Assembly (NCBI RefSeq): GCF_000317145.1
Contig: NC_019697.1
Span: forward strand, 4,102,886 to 4,166,885
DNA: 64,000 nt
Source: Chamaesiphon minutus PCC 6605
GTDB taxonomy: Bacteria > Cyanobacteriota > Cyanobacteriia > Cyanobacteriales > Chamaesiphonaceae
Reading direction: 5' to 3'
Shown here: positions 40,195 through 50,906 of the stretch, piece by piece
Position numbering within the stretch: the stretch's first letter is position 1
How the letters are laid out: every line of letters begins with the position of its first letter
The notes under the pieces: model-generated
Database searches by the model: none
What the model was told of the DNA's origin: nothing
What the model saw: only the letters and a program-made list of their open reading frames with translations
Translations under genes and position numbers: made by a program

Positions 40195-40689
40195 ATGGCA
40201 AACTTACACGACATTGTTGAAGGCGTTCAAGATGCTTTGGGCAACCTGACACCCACCCCAGTCATTCTGCAAGAAGAATCGACCGCCCACGACCTCAAAA
40301 AACGGTTGGAATGGGCCGAACCAGCCCTATCGATTATCGATATTCGCGATCGGGAAGCTTTTAACCAAGGACGCATCACCGGGGCAATGTCGATGCCGAT
40401 GGAGCAACTCGACGAGATGAAATCTACCCTTCAACCCGAACACGATATTTATATCTATGCGGAGTCTGACGAGCGAGCGCACGAAGCCGCTGAAATGCTC
40501 AGAGCTGCTGGCTTTAAAGCCGTCACCCACATCATGGGCGGTTTAGATGCTTGGCACGAAATTGGCGGCCCCACCGAAGGCATCCAAGAAGATGGCATTC
40601 CACCCGAAGCTAATGCCTATAACGTCGTCTCTCGACTCAAAACCGAGCACGACGTTCAAGAAGCTGGCAAAGCGCAACAGGCTAATTAA
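40195..40689 (+). CDS. Rhodanese-like domain protein
   Basis: Rhodanese-fold signature (SIIDIRDREAFNQGRITGAMSMP...IYIYAESDERAHEAAEMLRAAGFKAVTHIMGG). The active-site loop appears to lack Cys, so it is probably non-catalytic. Confidence 0.6.
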   Translation: MANLHDIVEGVQDALGNLTPTPVILQEESTAHDLKKRLEWAEPALSIIDIRDREAFNQGRITGAMSMPMEQLDEMKSTLQPEHDIYIYAESDERAHEAAEMLRAAGFKAVTHIMGGLDAWHEIGGPTEGIQEDGIPPEANAYNVVSRLKTEHDVQEAGKAQQAN

Positions 40690-40902
40690 CCAATCGCACA
40701 ATTAGCCCGTAAACGAAGTCAACCATACTTGTGCGTACACCGTAGCCTTAAACAGGGGGAACCAGATCCGAAAGTCCCCCTGCTTGGTGCGTTTCAAAAG
40801 CGTGGGTGACCCGCGCGGAGCGTTGCAGTGTGGTTGGGAAACCCGACCACACTGCGATACGAGCGTCAATATGACTGAGAATGGCTGGGAAACAAATTAT
40901 TT

Positions 40903-41634
40903 ATGATTGTCAATCTGACTGATGAGGGCTGGGAAATAATTTATCATCGCGCTCACGCACTACTAGCGGCACAAATTGCGGGGTATTGGCAGACACCTGA
41001 CGATACTACCCGCTTGGTAGATACGATCGCCGCGATCGCTCATCATGACGATCTCGAACGTGAGTGGGAAGGCGACCACCTAACCAAATCCGGTGCTCCA
41101 CTCGACTTTACGCTGGGCAACGGGGAGGATTTGGCAGTGCCGCCACTATATAAGCATGTGGAAGAAGCACTCTATCGGGGGCGATGGGTGGCATTGTTAG
41201 TGTCGATGCACATGAGTTTCTTGCTAGAAGGACGGCGGGGCGAGCTGTCCGAACTCGACGAGTTTTTGGACAAACAAATCGAGCTGCGACAGACTTGGTG
41301 CGACAGCTTAGGTATCAGTGAAACTGATGCCGAAAAAGCTTATGCCAAGATGCAGTGCTGCGATCGACTCTCATTAATCTTATGTCAACGTCAAATTCCT
41401 GACGGCGAAAGGTTTTTAGAAATCGCCAAGGGGCCAGGAGGCGAGCGACACGACTTGCTGCAACGTGGTGACAAGACGCTGACTGTTAAGCCGTGGCCGT
41501 TTAAAGATGAAAAATTCACCGTGCGGGTCGATGCTTCCCTACTGACGCAAATGCAGTTCGATAGCGACGAAGAATTAATTGCATCGCTCCAACAAGCACC
41601 GATAAGTTCGCTCGAATGGACTTTTGCAGCCTAA
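40903..41634 (+). CDS. Hypothetical protein (DUF3891-like)
   Basis: 243 aa, conserved among cyanobacteria as far as I recall. No catalytic motif identified. Confidence 0.4.
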   Translation: MIVNLTDEGWEIIYHRAHALLAAQIAGYWQTPDDTTRLVDTIAAIAHHDDLEREWEGDHLTKSGAPLDFTLGNGEDLAVPPLYKHVEEALYRGRWVALLVSMHMSFLLEGRRGELSELDEFLDKQIELRQTWCDSLGISETDAEKAYAKMQCCDRLSLILCQRQIPDGERFLEIAKGPGGERHDLLQRGDKTLTVKPWPFKDEKFTVRVDASLLTQMQFDSDEELIASLQQAPISSLEWTFAA

Positions 41635-41666
41635 ATAAACTTAAGTAATTAATCCAATCGAAATCG

Positions 41667-41969
41667 ATGAATAATACCTGGTTCGATAATTTTTTCCGAA
41701 ATAGTAATGGTGAAGTTGTCATCGGTCAAATGCCCAATATCCCGATTATTGTTTGGGTATTGGCGACATTATTAAAAGTTGTCTACAAAACAGGACAAGT
41801 CAATATTGGCTTAGATTTATTAGCTTCTAGTGCCCTATTTGTGTGGGCGATTGGTGAGTTATTTCAAGGTGAAAGTCATTTCCGCCAATGGCTGGGTCTG
41901 CTCGTGCTCATTGCTTTAATGACGACCAAAATTCAGCAAGTCAGTATCGCTAATAATCGAGTTGGATAG
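41667..41969 (+). CDS. Small membrane protein
   Basis: 100 aa with 2-3 hydrophobic helices. Confidence 0.35.
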   Translation: MNNTWFDNFFRNSNGEVVIGQMPNIPIIVWVLATLLKVVYKTGQVNIGLDLLASSALFVWAIGELFQGESHFRQWLGLLVLIALMTTKIQQVSIANNRVG

Positions 41970-42060
41970 TGGATAGTGGATAGTGGATAGTGAGTAGAGA
42001 TGGGAACTGCGTTCCCTCACCTATCCACCCATCTACCCATCCACCCATTTACTTTTCCCT
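41965..42060. repeat. Inverted STRR heptamer arrays (GTGGATA x4 followed by CCATCTA/CCCATCC copies)
   Basis: gtggatagtggatagtggatagtggatagtgagtag ... cctatccacccatctacccatccacccat. Capable of forming a long hairpin. Confidence 0.6.
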
Positions 42061-42143
42061 GCCACAAACCTAGATTGCAGCTACTTAAAGCTTTGAACTA
42101 AGATTAACGAATATATCTATAAGCACCGAGTGTCATTGTCATA

Positions 42144-45100
42144 ATGTCTTCAGACCAAAAAATAGCTGCGAGTAGCATTTTTGTCAAGGGTAGCGCAATG
42201 GCCGATTTAATGTGCGAGTATGATTGGTCACAGACTCCGCTAGGCGATTCTTCTGGCTGGTCTCAGAGCTTAAAAACAGTATTGAGTATTCTGTTGACTT
42301 CACAGCACCCAATTTTTTTATGGTGGGGTGAAAGTCTCATTCAGTTTTATAACGATGCCTACCGTCCGATTTTGGGCACTACTAAGCATCCCCAAGCACT
42401 AGGACAACAGGGACGCGAGTGCTGGCAGGAAATTTGGCATATTATCGAACCCACGATCGAAGCTGTGATGCAACGCGGTGAGGCGACGCGGATTCAAGAT
42501 GGGTTGCTGTTGCTCGAACGCAATGGCTATTTGGAAGAATGTTATTTTAACTACGCCTACAGTCCCATCAGAAATGAGGCGGGGGATGTCGGCGGCATTT
42601 TTTGTGCCTGCGATGAAACTACCAAACGCGTAGTCGGCGAGCGACAGCTCAAAACCCTGTGCGAATTAGCAGCGCAAGCATTGGTAGCTAAAACCGTCCG
42701 GGAAGCGGGCGAACTGTGCATGAGCGCGCTCGCCAAGAATCCGGCGGATATCCCGTTGGCATTGTTATACCTGATGGATGACGATCGAGACGAGTCGGCG
42801 TGCCTCATGGGTACTGCTGGTATCGCACCGGGCACGAGTGCCAGTCCCGAACGGATCGATCTAGCAACTCACCCCTGGAATTTGGATCGAGTTCAGCGCA
42901 CCGAGCAAGCCGAATACATCCCCAATTTAACCGCCCGATTTAACTCGCTACCCAATACGATCTGGGATGTGCCGCCACAGTCGGCGATCGTGTTACCGCT
43001 GGAACGATCGAGACAATCGCAGATATCGGGGTTTCTAATTTTGGCAATTAGTCCTCGCCGTGCCTTTGATGAGGACTATCGCGGCTTTTTGGAAGTTGTC
43101 GCCAGTCAGGTGGAAACTGCCATCGGTAATGCGCGCGCCCATGAAGAAGAACGCCAACGGATCGAGGCTCTAGCCGCACTCGATCGCGCGAAAACCGAGT
43201 TCTTTAGCAATGTATCTCACGAATTTAGGACGCCGCTAACGCTGATGCTATCGCCGTTGGCAGAGACGATTGCCAATCTCGATGGCACCATTTCCCCGCA
43301 AGATCGCGATCGACTCAAACTGATTCAGCGCAATGGCAATCGGTTGCTCAAACTCGTCAACAGTCTCCTGGACTTTTCGCGGCTCGAAGCAGGCAAAGAG
43401 CACGTTAGCTACGAAGCTGTCGATTTAGCTAGTTATACCGCCGAACTCGCTAGTACCTTTCGATCGACGATCGAGCAAGCAGGTTTATCGTTAGTTATAG
43501 AATGTCCCACCCTACCCGCAGCGGTCTGGATCGATCGGCAAATGTGGGAGAAGATCGTCCTCAATTTGCTCTCTAATGCCTTCAAATTTACCCTAGAAGG
43601 CACGATCTATGTGCACCTGGAGTACTCAGGCGATCGAGTGAAATTAACCATCTCTGACACGGGGGTGGGCATCCCAGAGCCGGAATTACCACGCTTATTC
43701 GATCGCTTCCATCGGGTCGAAAATTCGCAAGGACGCAGTTTTGAAGGTTCGGGCATCGGCTTATCGCTCGTGCAGGAATTCATCAAATTGCAGGGCGGCA
43801 CGATCGCGGTGACGAGTACGGTAGGGGCGGGCAGTAGTTTCGTAGTGACAATGCCCACGGGACACGATCGATTCCCCCCGCTCGATAATTCCCATCACAC
43901 AACGGCAACACCGTCCGATCCGTTGCCATATATCGAAGAAGCGCGCAGTTGGCTGCCAGAAACTAGTCTCGCGCTACCCCCCACCCAAACCCCGCCAGCC
44001 GATCGTCCGACAATTCTACTGGCTGATGATAATGCGGATGTGCGCGATTACGTTCGGCGATTATTAAGCAGATCTTATCAGGTAGAAACAGTAGCCGATG
44101 GCGTGGCGGCAATGGAGTCGATCTACCGCCAGCAGCCGGATTTAGTTTTGACAGATGTAATGATGCCCCGCATGGATGGGTGCGAGTTGCTGCGAGTGCT
44201 GCGCTCTAGTCCCACTACGGCAGAGATCCCGATCGTGTTATTATCCGCCCGCGCTGGAGAAGAAGCTCGGATTGAAGGACTCGCAACTGGTGCAGATGAT
44301 TACCTAATCAAGCCATTTTCCGCTCGTGAATTAGTCGCGCGGGTAGAAGCAACCATCAAATTAGCCCAACTCCGCCGCACCGAACGCGATCGCGCCTTGC
44401 AAAAAGAAACCGACATAGCTGAAGCCAATCTCGATCGGATCGTGTCGAGCCTGCGCGATGGCTTTGCGACCTTCGATCGGCAATGGCGATACACCTATGT
44501 CAATAATCGCCTGCTGGACATCATCAATCTGCCCCGTGAAGCAGTGCTGGGGCAATACTCTTGGAATGTATTTCCTCATCAAGTAGGGGTTGAGTTTTAC
44601 GATCTGTTAAATCGGGCCATGACCGAACAGGTGGAGGCGCAGTTCGAGTTTTACTACTCATTGGTAGATGCCTGGGTAGAACATCGCGTCTATCCCACCA
44701 GCGATGGCTTGGCGATTCTGATGGCAGATATCAGCGATCGCAAACGGGCAGAACTCCTGCTAGTCGAGCAAAAACGACTGTTAGAGTTAGTCGCGGCTGG
44801 CGAACCGCTAGCAGATTGTCTAGCTGCCGTCTGCGCCTCCGTGTCCAATCTGAGCTTGGGCGTTCGCGCCTGCATTTTACCCACCGATGCCCAGCGACAA
44901 ACATTTCCCTACCTTATTACCCCAGAATTTCCGCCATCCTTCGCGACTGGCTTACAAAATACACCCATAAATGAGCTGCTCGGAACTTGCGCGATCGCGG
45001 TCGATGCCGGAAAATCAGTAACTTGCGCCGACATTAGCGAAGAAGGATCGCCCTCATGGCGAGATCTCTGCGTAGCTCATGGCGTCCTGGGTTGCCATTC

Positions 45101-46781
45101 TGCGCCGATCGTGGGTGCGGACGACCTACCGCTAGGGTCATTGATGTTATGTTTCGATCGATCCCGCCTGCCGACCGAGTGGGAGTACCAATTAGCCGAA
45201 TTTGGCACCAATATCGCCAGCATCGTCTTCGATCGCGAGCGCGCTAGCCTTGCCCTCCAGACATCTGAAGCCAAATACCGAATGTTGTTCGAGTCGATGG
45301 ATCGAGGCTTCTGTATCTGCGAAATGTTATTTGACGAGCATGGCGTACCAGTTGACTATCTGTTTCTCGAAGTCAATTCAATCTTCGGCAGTTTGACGGG
45401 ATTGGAAGGATCTGTAGGTAAAACAGCACGGGAACTAGTGCCCGATCTCGAAGCCCGTTGGTTTGAGATTTACGGTCGAGTCGTCCAGACAGGCGAACCG
45501 ATTCGGTTTGAAGATGGATCGAGCGTCATGAACCGCTGGTTCAATGTCAACGCTTTTGCCACTGGTACGCCAGGTAGCAACCAGTTTGCCATTTTATTTA
45601 CTAACATCACCGAGCGCAAACAGGCCGAAGAAGCATTACGAGAAAGTGAGGCGCGGCTGCGGTTCATGTTGGATGCTACCCAAATCGGCCTGTGGGATCT
45701 CGACCTAACCACCCAACAGCACACAGCTACTCGATCGCTCCGGCACGACCAAATCTTTGGCTATGAGTCGCTGTTGCCAGAATGGAGCTACGAAATCTTT
45801 TTGACCCACGTCCATCCTGAAGATCGCGGCGCAGTGGATGAGAAGTTTCAACAAACGATCTCAACCAACGCCGATTGGAACTTTGAATGTCGAATTATCC
45901 ACGCCGATGGCGGCATTCATTGGATTTGGGTGCGCAGTAGTGTTTATTGTAACGCTGACGAGCGGCCAACGCGGCTATTGGGCATGGTGATGGATGCGAC
46001 CGATCGCAAACAAGCTGAAGCAACCCTTGCAGATCGCGCTCGCGAACTCGCCGATCTCAACACTCGCCTTGCCCAAGCCGCCAGCCAGCTCCAGGAGCGC
46101 AATCAAGAACTCGATAGCTTCGTCTACATCGTCTCCCACGATCTCAAAGCACCCCTGCGCGCGATCTCCAATCTCTCTGGATGGATCGAAGAAGACTTTG
46201 ACGGCTCGCTGACCGCACACACCACAGAGCAGATGAACATGCTCCGCAGCCGCGTCCATCGGATGGAAGGCATGATCGACGGACTGCTCCAATATGCCCG
46301 TGCCAGCCGCAAAGATAGCCAGCTAGAACTAGTTTGCGTTGCCGACTTACTCGCCGAAGTCATCGAATCGATCGATCCACCATCGATATTCACGGTGAGC
46401 ATCGCTACCGAGATGCCCACTTTAGAAGCCAAGCGATTGTTGTTGTTCCAAGTATTTGCCAACCTCATTAGCAATGCCTTCAAACATCACGATCGTTCGG
46501 ATGGCTGCATTCGCATTTCCTGTCGCGCCCAAAGCGATTTTTATGAATTTGCCGTAGCCGACGACGGCCCAGGCATCGACCCAGTCTATCACGATCGGAT
46601 CTTTATCATTTTCCAAGCCGCCAACCCGCAAAAAAATTCCGACAGCACGGGTGTCGGTCTGAGCATCGTCAAAAAAATTGTCGAAACAGCCGGAGGTCAG
46701 ATTTGGCTGGAGTCAGAGCTAGGCAAAGGAACGACATTCTACTTTACCTGGCCGAGGCTATTATCAAGCGCGAAATCTTAA
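42144..46781 (+). CDS. Giant hybrid sensor kinase with two complete kinase cores (PAS-GAF-HisKA-HATPase-REC-PASx3-GAF-PAS-HisKA-HATPase)
   Basis: First core SHEFRTPLTLM plus DTGVGIPE...GSGIGLSLV. REC ILLADDNADVRDY...DLVLTDVMMPRMDG. Second core SFVYIVSHDLKAPLRAISNLSGW plus DDGPGIDP...GVGLSIVKKIVE. Confidence 0.9.
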   Translation: MSSDQKIAASSIFVKGSAMADLMCEYDWSQTPLGDSSGWSQSLKTVLSILLTSQHPIFLWWGESLIQFYNDAYRPILGTTKHPQALGQQGRECWQEIWHIIEPTIEAVMQRGEATRIQDGLLLLERNGYLEECYFNYAYSPIRNEAGDVGGIFCACDETTKRVVGERQLKTLCELAAQALVAKTVREAGELCMSALAKNPADIPLALLYLMDDDRDESACLMGTAGIAPGTSASPERIDLATHPWNLDRVQRTEQAEYIPNLTARFNSLPNTIWDVPPQSAIVLPLERSRQSQISGFLILAISPRRAFDEDYRGFLEVVASQVETAIGNARAHEEERQRIEALAALDRAKTEFFSNVSHEFRTPLTLMLSPLAETIANLDGTISPQDRDRLKLIQRNGNRLLKLVNSLLDFSRLEAGKEHVSYEAVDLASYTAELASTFRSTIEQAGLSLVIECPTLPAAVWIDRQMWEKIVLNLLSNAFKFTLEGTIYVHLEYSGDRVKLTISDTGVGIPEPELPRLFDRFHRVENSQGRSFEGSGIGLSLVQEFIKLQGGTIAVTSTVGAGSSFVVTMPTGHDRFPPLDNSHHTTATPSDPLPYIEEARSWLPETSLALPPTQTPPADRPTILLADDNADVRDYVRRLLSRSYQVETVADGVAAMESIYRQQPDLVLTDVMMPRMDGCELLRVLRSSPTTAEIPIVLLSARAGEEARIEGLATGADDYLIKPFSARELVARVEATIKLAQLRRTERDRALQKETDIAEANLDRIVSSLRDGFATFDRQWRYTYVNNRLLDIINLPREAVLGQYSWNVFPHQVGVEFYDLLNRAMTEQVEAQFEFYYSLVDAWVEHRVYPTSDGLAILMADISDRKRAELLLVEQKRLLELVAAGEPLADCLAAVCASVSNLSLGVRACILPTDAQRQTFPYLITPEFPPSFATGLQNTPINELLGTCAIAVDAGKSVTCADISEEGSPSWRDLCVAHGVLGCHSAPIVGADDLPLGSLMLCFDRSRLPTEWEYQLAEFGTNIASIVFDRERASLALQTSEAKYRMLFESMDRGFCICEMLFDEHGVPVDYLFLEVNSIFGSLTGLEGSVGKTARELVPDLEARWFEIYGRVVQTGEPIRFEDGSSVMNRWFNVNAFATGTPGSNQFAILFTNITERKQAEEALRESEARLRFMLDATQIGLWDLDLTTQQHTATRSLRHDQIFGYESLLPEWSYEIFLTHVHPEDRGAVDEKFQQTISTNADWNFECRIIHADGGIHWIWVRSSVYCNADERPTRLLGMVMDATDRKQAEATLADRARELADLNTRLAQAASQLQERNQELDSFVYIVSHDLKAPLRAISNLSGWIEEDFDGSLTAHTTEQMNMLRSRVHRMEGMIDGLLQYARASRKDSQLELVCVADLLAEVIESIDPPSIFTVSIATEMPTLEAKRLLLFQVFANLISNAFKHHDRSDGCIRISCRAQSDFYEFAVADDGPGIDPVYHDRIFIIFQAANPQKNSDSTGVGLSIVKKIVETAGGQIWLESELGKGTTFYFTWPRLLSSAKS

Positions 46782-46826
46782 TTAACTGAAATTAGGGAGC
46801 GGCACATTGCCAAAATCACAGGTAGA

Positions 46827-46860
46827 GGTAATTCATGAATTACCCCTACCGAGGGTTTCA
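46827..46860. terminator. Palindromic hairpin between convergent genes
   Basis: ggtaattcatgaattacc is a perfect 18-bp palindrome, flanked by partial extension. Confidence 0.4.
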
Positions 46861-46898
46861 CCCCTTACAGCTAGCGACGCCCGAAAATTTGCTATTTC

Positions 46899-47711
46899 CT
46901 ACAACTCTTCAGATGGATTAGATTGACCGAGGACGGGAGTTAGATAAGCAACCAATACCCCGATCGCAAATCCAGAGCAATTCCGCAATAACGGTACCCA
47001 TTCTGATGTACGGGTAATCACAGGTGCGATGCCGAAGGCGATGAATAAAATCCCCCACAATGGCGAAAAAATCAACGCCCATTGCCAAGCAAAACCGCCG
47101 TCAGGTTTGCGATATTGTCCGGCAAATCCACAAATTACGCCACCGATAACCGAGCTAATCAGGGTGAGCAACCACTGTTCTTTGGGCAATCCTGGCACCA
47201 CATTACAACCACCCTTAACCAAGCAAGTTTTAACTGCTTCTAGAGAGTCTGTAATAGCACTGTCCTCGCCGTTCTCGCGAACATAGTACATATTTCCAAA
47301 TCTGGTTTGCAGCTCGATCCAGAAGGTTCTAGGCATGAGTTTGTACACATCATCGCCAACCCGAAAATTGAGGGTATTACCACCGCGAGAATCAGAGACA
47401 ACAAGGACGCTTTTCTCATCGAGTCCCCAGTACTTACTCACCGCACGTCCGGGAGTGCGATCGTATTGTGTCAAGACGCGCAGCTTCCAACCAGTTTCGG
47501 CTTCAAAGGTATCGATATCTTTGACAAGCTTCTGTTCTTGGATTGCGGTGAAAGTTTTCGCTAAATCGATAACGGGGGTCTGCTCTTTGGGCAAGAGTTC
47601 GGGATTGTCATAAGCTTGGGCGGATGGGGCGATCGACCATAGCGATATACTTAACACTACGGCAATTGCAGATCCGAGCAGGCGGCGGAAGATCGTGTTC
47701 GATGAGGGCAT
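46899..47711 (-). CDS. TPM-domain (TLP18.3/Psb32-like) membrane-anchored protein
   Basis: Signal/anchor, a TPM-like fold (VIDLAKTFTAIQEQKLVKDI...VLVVSDSRGGNTL), and C-terminal TM helices. Confidence 0.55.
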   Translation of the reverse strand: MPSSNTIFRRLLGSAIAVVLSISLWSIAPSAQAYDNPELLPKEQTPVIDLAKTFTAIQEQKLVKDIDTFEAETGWKLRVLTQYDRTPGRAVSKYWGLDEKSVLVVSDSRGGNTLNFRVGDDVYKLMPRTFWIELQTRFGNMYYVRENGEDSAITDSLEAVKTCLVKGGCNVVPGLPKEQWLLTLISSVIGGVICGFAGQYRKPDGGFAWQWALIFSPLWGILFIAFGIAPVITRTSEWVPLLRNCSGFAIGVLVAYLTPVLGQSNPSEEL

Positions 47712-47924
47712 TTTCTACTAAGCTCGTTGGGTCGATGCTAAGGCAAATCGGAGATCGGCATTCATCAGTACCGATATTGCGACTGTCTCGATCGATATAA
47801 ATTAATCTATTATTAATTTACTTTACAATACTTTACGAGAAAACGGGGCGATCCGATCGGATGCGGAGCGAGTTGGGAGCGAGGGACAGGGAGAAGGGGA
47901 AACGGGGAAACGGGGTTGAGCCAT

Positions 47925-48686
47925 TTATGAGTCGAAGCGGCAGGATCTTGGTTTGACGGGGCAGTCTTTTTCTTCGAGTTGATTGTGGCTCAGATAAAGG
48001 TCGGTTAAATTTTTCAAACTCGCCAGGGGTTTGACATCACTAATTTGATTTCGAGAAAGTTTTAGCTCGGTTAAATTTTTCAAACTCGCTAGAGGCTTGA
48101 TATCGCTGATTTGATTAGAATTGAGGTCGAGTCCAGTTAAATTTTTCAAACTCGCCAGGGGTTTGATATCGCTAATTTGATTGGCATGAAATTCGAGATA
48201 GACTAAATCTTTTAAACTAGTGATGGGCTTAACGTTTTCGATCTGATTGGCATTGAGAAAAAGTGTCTTCAAATTAGTCAAACTAGCTAAAGGTTTCAGA
48301 TCGCTAATTTGATTGGAATTGAGGTCGAGTCCTCTTAAATTAGTCAAACTAGCTAACGGTTTTAGATCGCTAATTTGATTGGAATTAAGGAAAAGTGCTT
48401 TCAAATTTGTCAAGCTAGCTAAAGGTTTTAAATCTTTAAGGCGATCGCCACTGAGGTATAGTTCCGACAGACTTTTAAGTTTAGTATCGGCTTGTTGACA
48501 ATCTTTAGTACCTGCTTTTTGCAGCATTGCATCGATCGTCCGTTTAGTATCCGCAGAGGCAGAATTTCGCTCCTGACACCAGGTCGCGAAACTTTTAACA
48601 TTTGCTTGCTGTGCTGAAACCCCGATCGGAGCTATTCCTGAGAATAATAATATTGAAATGCTGGTTAGTGTAAAAGGAATTTTCAT
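47925..48686 (-). CDS. Secreted leucine-rich-repeat protein (internalin-like LRR, 22-residue repeats)
   Basis: Likely start MKIPFTLTSISILLFSG (signal peptide). Eight or more repeats LxxLxxLxLxxNQISDLKPLASLTNL. Confidence 0.75.
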   Translation of the reverse strand: MKIPFTLTSISILLFSGIAPIGVSAQQANVKSFATWCQERNSASADTKRTIDAMLQKAGTKDCQQADTKLKSLSELYLSGDRLKDLKPLASLTNLKALFLNSNQISDLKPLASLTNLRGLDLNSNQISDLKPLASLTNLKTLFLNANQIENVKPITSLKDLVYLEFHANQISDIKPLASLKNLTGLDLNSNQISDIKPLASLKNLTELKLSRNQISDVKPLASLKNLTDLYLSHNQLEEKDCPVKPRSCRFDS

Positions 48687-48902
48687 AAAATAGACGCCCA
48701 CCAAGATCCTGAGGATTATGCATTCGCTAGCATCTACAATCACAAATGTCCCCAATCCGCAAACGATCGCTAAAAAAATATCCGCACAATAGCAATATTG
48801 CGCAAATATTAAGTTACTAATACCTTTGTTTGTCGAAAAATAATTAGGTAGAGGTGCGATCTCGATCGAGATTAACTCACCTCTTGCACCACCAGATAAA
48901 GA

Positions 48903-49009
48903 CTAGTGCTTGGTGTAGATCTGGTGGGCACCCACAAGGGACACCCCCCACACAATCAACCTGTAGGGGTGCCCCTTGTGGGTACCCCAGGTCTACACTA
49001 AGCACTAGT
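48903..49009. repeat. Long imperfect inverted repeat (about 45-bp arms) between the LRR gene and ppx
   Basis: actagtgcttggtgtagatctggtgggcacccacaagggacacccc versus ggggtgccccttgtgggtaccccaggtctacactaagcactagt. Confidence 0.6.
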
Positions 49010-49027
49010 TAATTAAACCCAAAACTA

Positions 49028-50653
49028 CTAGCCTTTGGTCGTGGATAATTTGAGATTGAACTCAGTTTCAAAAATCGGCTTTTTATAATCCAAACTCCAA
49101 CATTCCAACACGCACGCATCGGTAGGATCGGTGGGGAAAAATGTTAGATGGCACTCGCGACTAGTCAAATCGCAGTTGAGACGAACATCCTTAATCGCTC
49201 CGATCCTGCGCCTGTCGAGAGCGACAGCTACTCTTAAGATCGCACTGAGTTGGGAGACGATCGATCTTTGCTCTTTGGAGAGATTTTGTAAATTCTGATG
49301 TTTCTTTTTGGGTGGGCTTTTGCGATGGTAGCGCGCTACATTGGCAATGATATCGATTTCGGATTCGCTAAAGCCTAGCAGTTCGCCATACCTAATCAGA
49401 TAATAAGAATGCTTGTGGTGGGCATCGTGACTGACAAAGTGACCGCTATTGTGTAAAATTGCCGCACTCCAGAGTAACTGTCGAATCGATTTATCCCAAG
49501 TATGTATCTGTCCGTAGGTTTGGTCGAAGAGACTCAAAGCTAGTTCGGCGACGCGCTCTGAATGGGGGAGATCTACGCCATATTTACCAGCAATTTTGAG
49601 GGTACTGCGTTCGCGAATCGAACCTTGGTACTTGAGTCGATCTTCAATCAGTCCCTGTGTCAGCATCCAGTCAACGATTACCCCTTCGCGAAGACTGCGC
49701 TCGCAGACAGATAGATGTTGCATCCCTAGTAGTGTCATCGCTTCTTGGAGCACGACGGCACCTGCGACGATAATTTCGGCACGTCGCTCGGAAATGCCTT
49801 CAATTGCCGTCCGCTCAGCAACAGTCATGCGGCGGAGGCGATTGATGAGATTGCGTAATTCAGCTAGATGAATGCCCGAACCATGGACGCGATCGGGGAC
49901 GTGACCATTTTTCTCTAAACTAAGGATCGTCGCTAGTGTTTCGATCGTGCCGGAAGTCCCAATCATTTTGGGCATTTCCCCCGGCTGGAGATTAGCTTTA
50001 ATCTCATCGATGGCGCGTTCCAATTGTCCGCGCACGAAGGCTTGGAGATAGAGTAAAGCTCGATCGCTAACAGGATTATTGGGGATAAATTCACCCGTCA
50101 GCCGCACGGCACCGATTTTGGTACTGCTGAGGGTGCGCGGCTCGTGCGTATCGCCCAAGATTAGCTCGGTGGAACCGCCACCAATGTCGATAATAATATG
50201 CGGCGTATTGTTAAACTCGACTCCCGATAAAACGCCCAGATAAATCCGCCGCGCTTCTTCTTGTCCCGAAATAATATTGACGGCTAATCCCAATTCTGCC
50301 TCGATCGATCTGACAAATTCATGTCCGTTGGGAGCTTCGCGTACCGCGCTAGTAGCCACGGCAAAGATCTGTCGAACGTTGAGACTTTTGGCAACTTCCT
50401 GACATCGTTTGAGGGCACCAAAGGCTCGCTCGATCGCCTCTGGGGTGAGGTTACCCGTCAGGGGGTCGCGATCGCCCAAACGCACGGTTTCCTTCTCACG
50501 AGCGATCGTACTAAAGGCTGGTAACGAGGTGACTATCCGCACTATCACCATATGAATCGAATTGGTGCCAATATCGATCGCGGCAATAATCGGATCGTTG
50601 GATGCTCGATCGCCATCGATCGTGGCTGAAGCTTCTAATACCACATTTACCAT
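49028..50653 (-). CDS. ppx: Exopolyphosphatase / guanosine pentaphosphate phosphohydrolase (Ppx/GppA) with C-terminal HD domain
   Basis: ASKHA-fold motifs (AAIDIGTNSIHMVIV, IIDIGGGSTEL) and a C-terminal HD-like region (HNSGHFVSHDAHHKHSYYLI). Confidence 0.85.
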   Translation of the reverse strand: MVNVVLEASATIDGDRASNDPIIAAIDIGTNSIHMVIVRIVTSLPAFSTIAREKETVRLGDRDPLTGNLTPEAIERAFGALKRCQEVAKSLNVRQIFAVATSAVREAPNGHEFVRSIEAELGLAVNIISGQEEARRIYLGVLSGVEFNNTPHIIIDIGGGSTELILGDTHEPRTLSSTKIGAVRLTGEFIPNNPVSDRALLYLQAFVRGQLERAIDEIKANLQPGEMPKMIGTSGTIETLATILSLEKNGHVPDRVHGSGIHLAELRNLINRLRRMTVAERTAIEGISERRAEIIVAGAVVLQEAMTLLGMQHLSVCERSLREGVIVDWMLTQGLIEDRLKYQGSIRERSTLKIAGKYGVDLPHSERVAELALSLFDQTYGQIHTWDKSIRQLLWSAAILHNSGHFVSHDAHHKHSYYLIRYGELLGFSESEIDIIANVARYHRKSPPKKKHQNLQNLSKEQRSIVSQLSAILRVAVALDRRRIGAIKDVRLNCDLTSRECHLTFFPTDPTDACVLECWSLDYKKPIFETEFNLKLSTTKG

Positions 50654-50906
50654 AGGGATTTTCAGCCAAGTGAGAGGACGATTGTTATTGTAGATAAGTC
50701 AATTGTGAAAACACTACCAACAGAATCTAATTTACCTTGATGGCGGACTTTGATACAAGCGTTACTAATCCATTACAATCTGTTTTTTACTCTGCCAACG
50801 AGCGCAATCATGCGGCGATCGCTCGAATCCAGAAATTATCCATTTACAGATCCGCCGATCTCAACCTCGAATCGAGTGGATTTGTTCCGCTCCAGCACTG
50901 CGTTTA

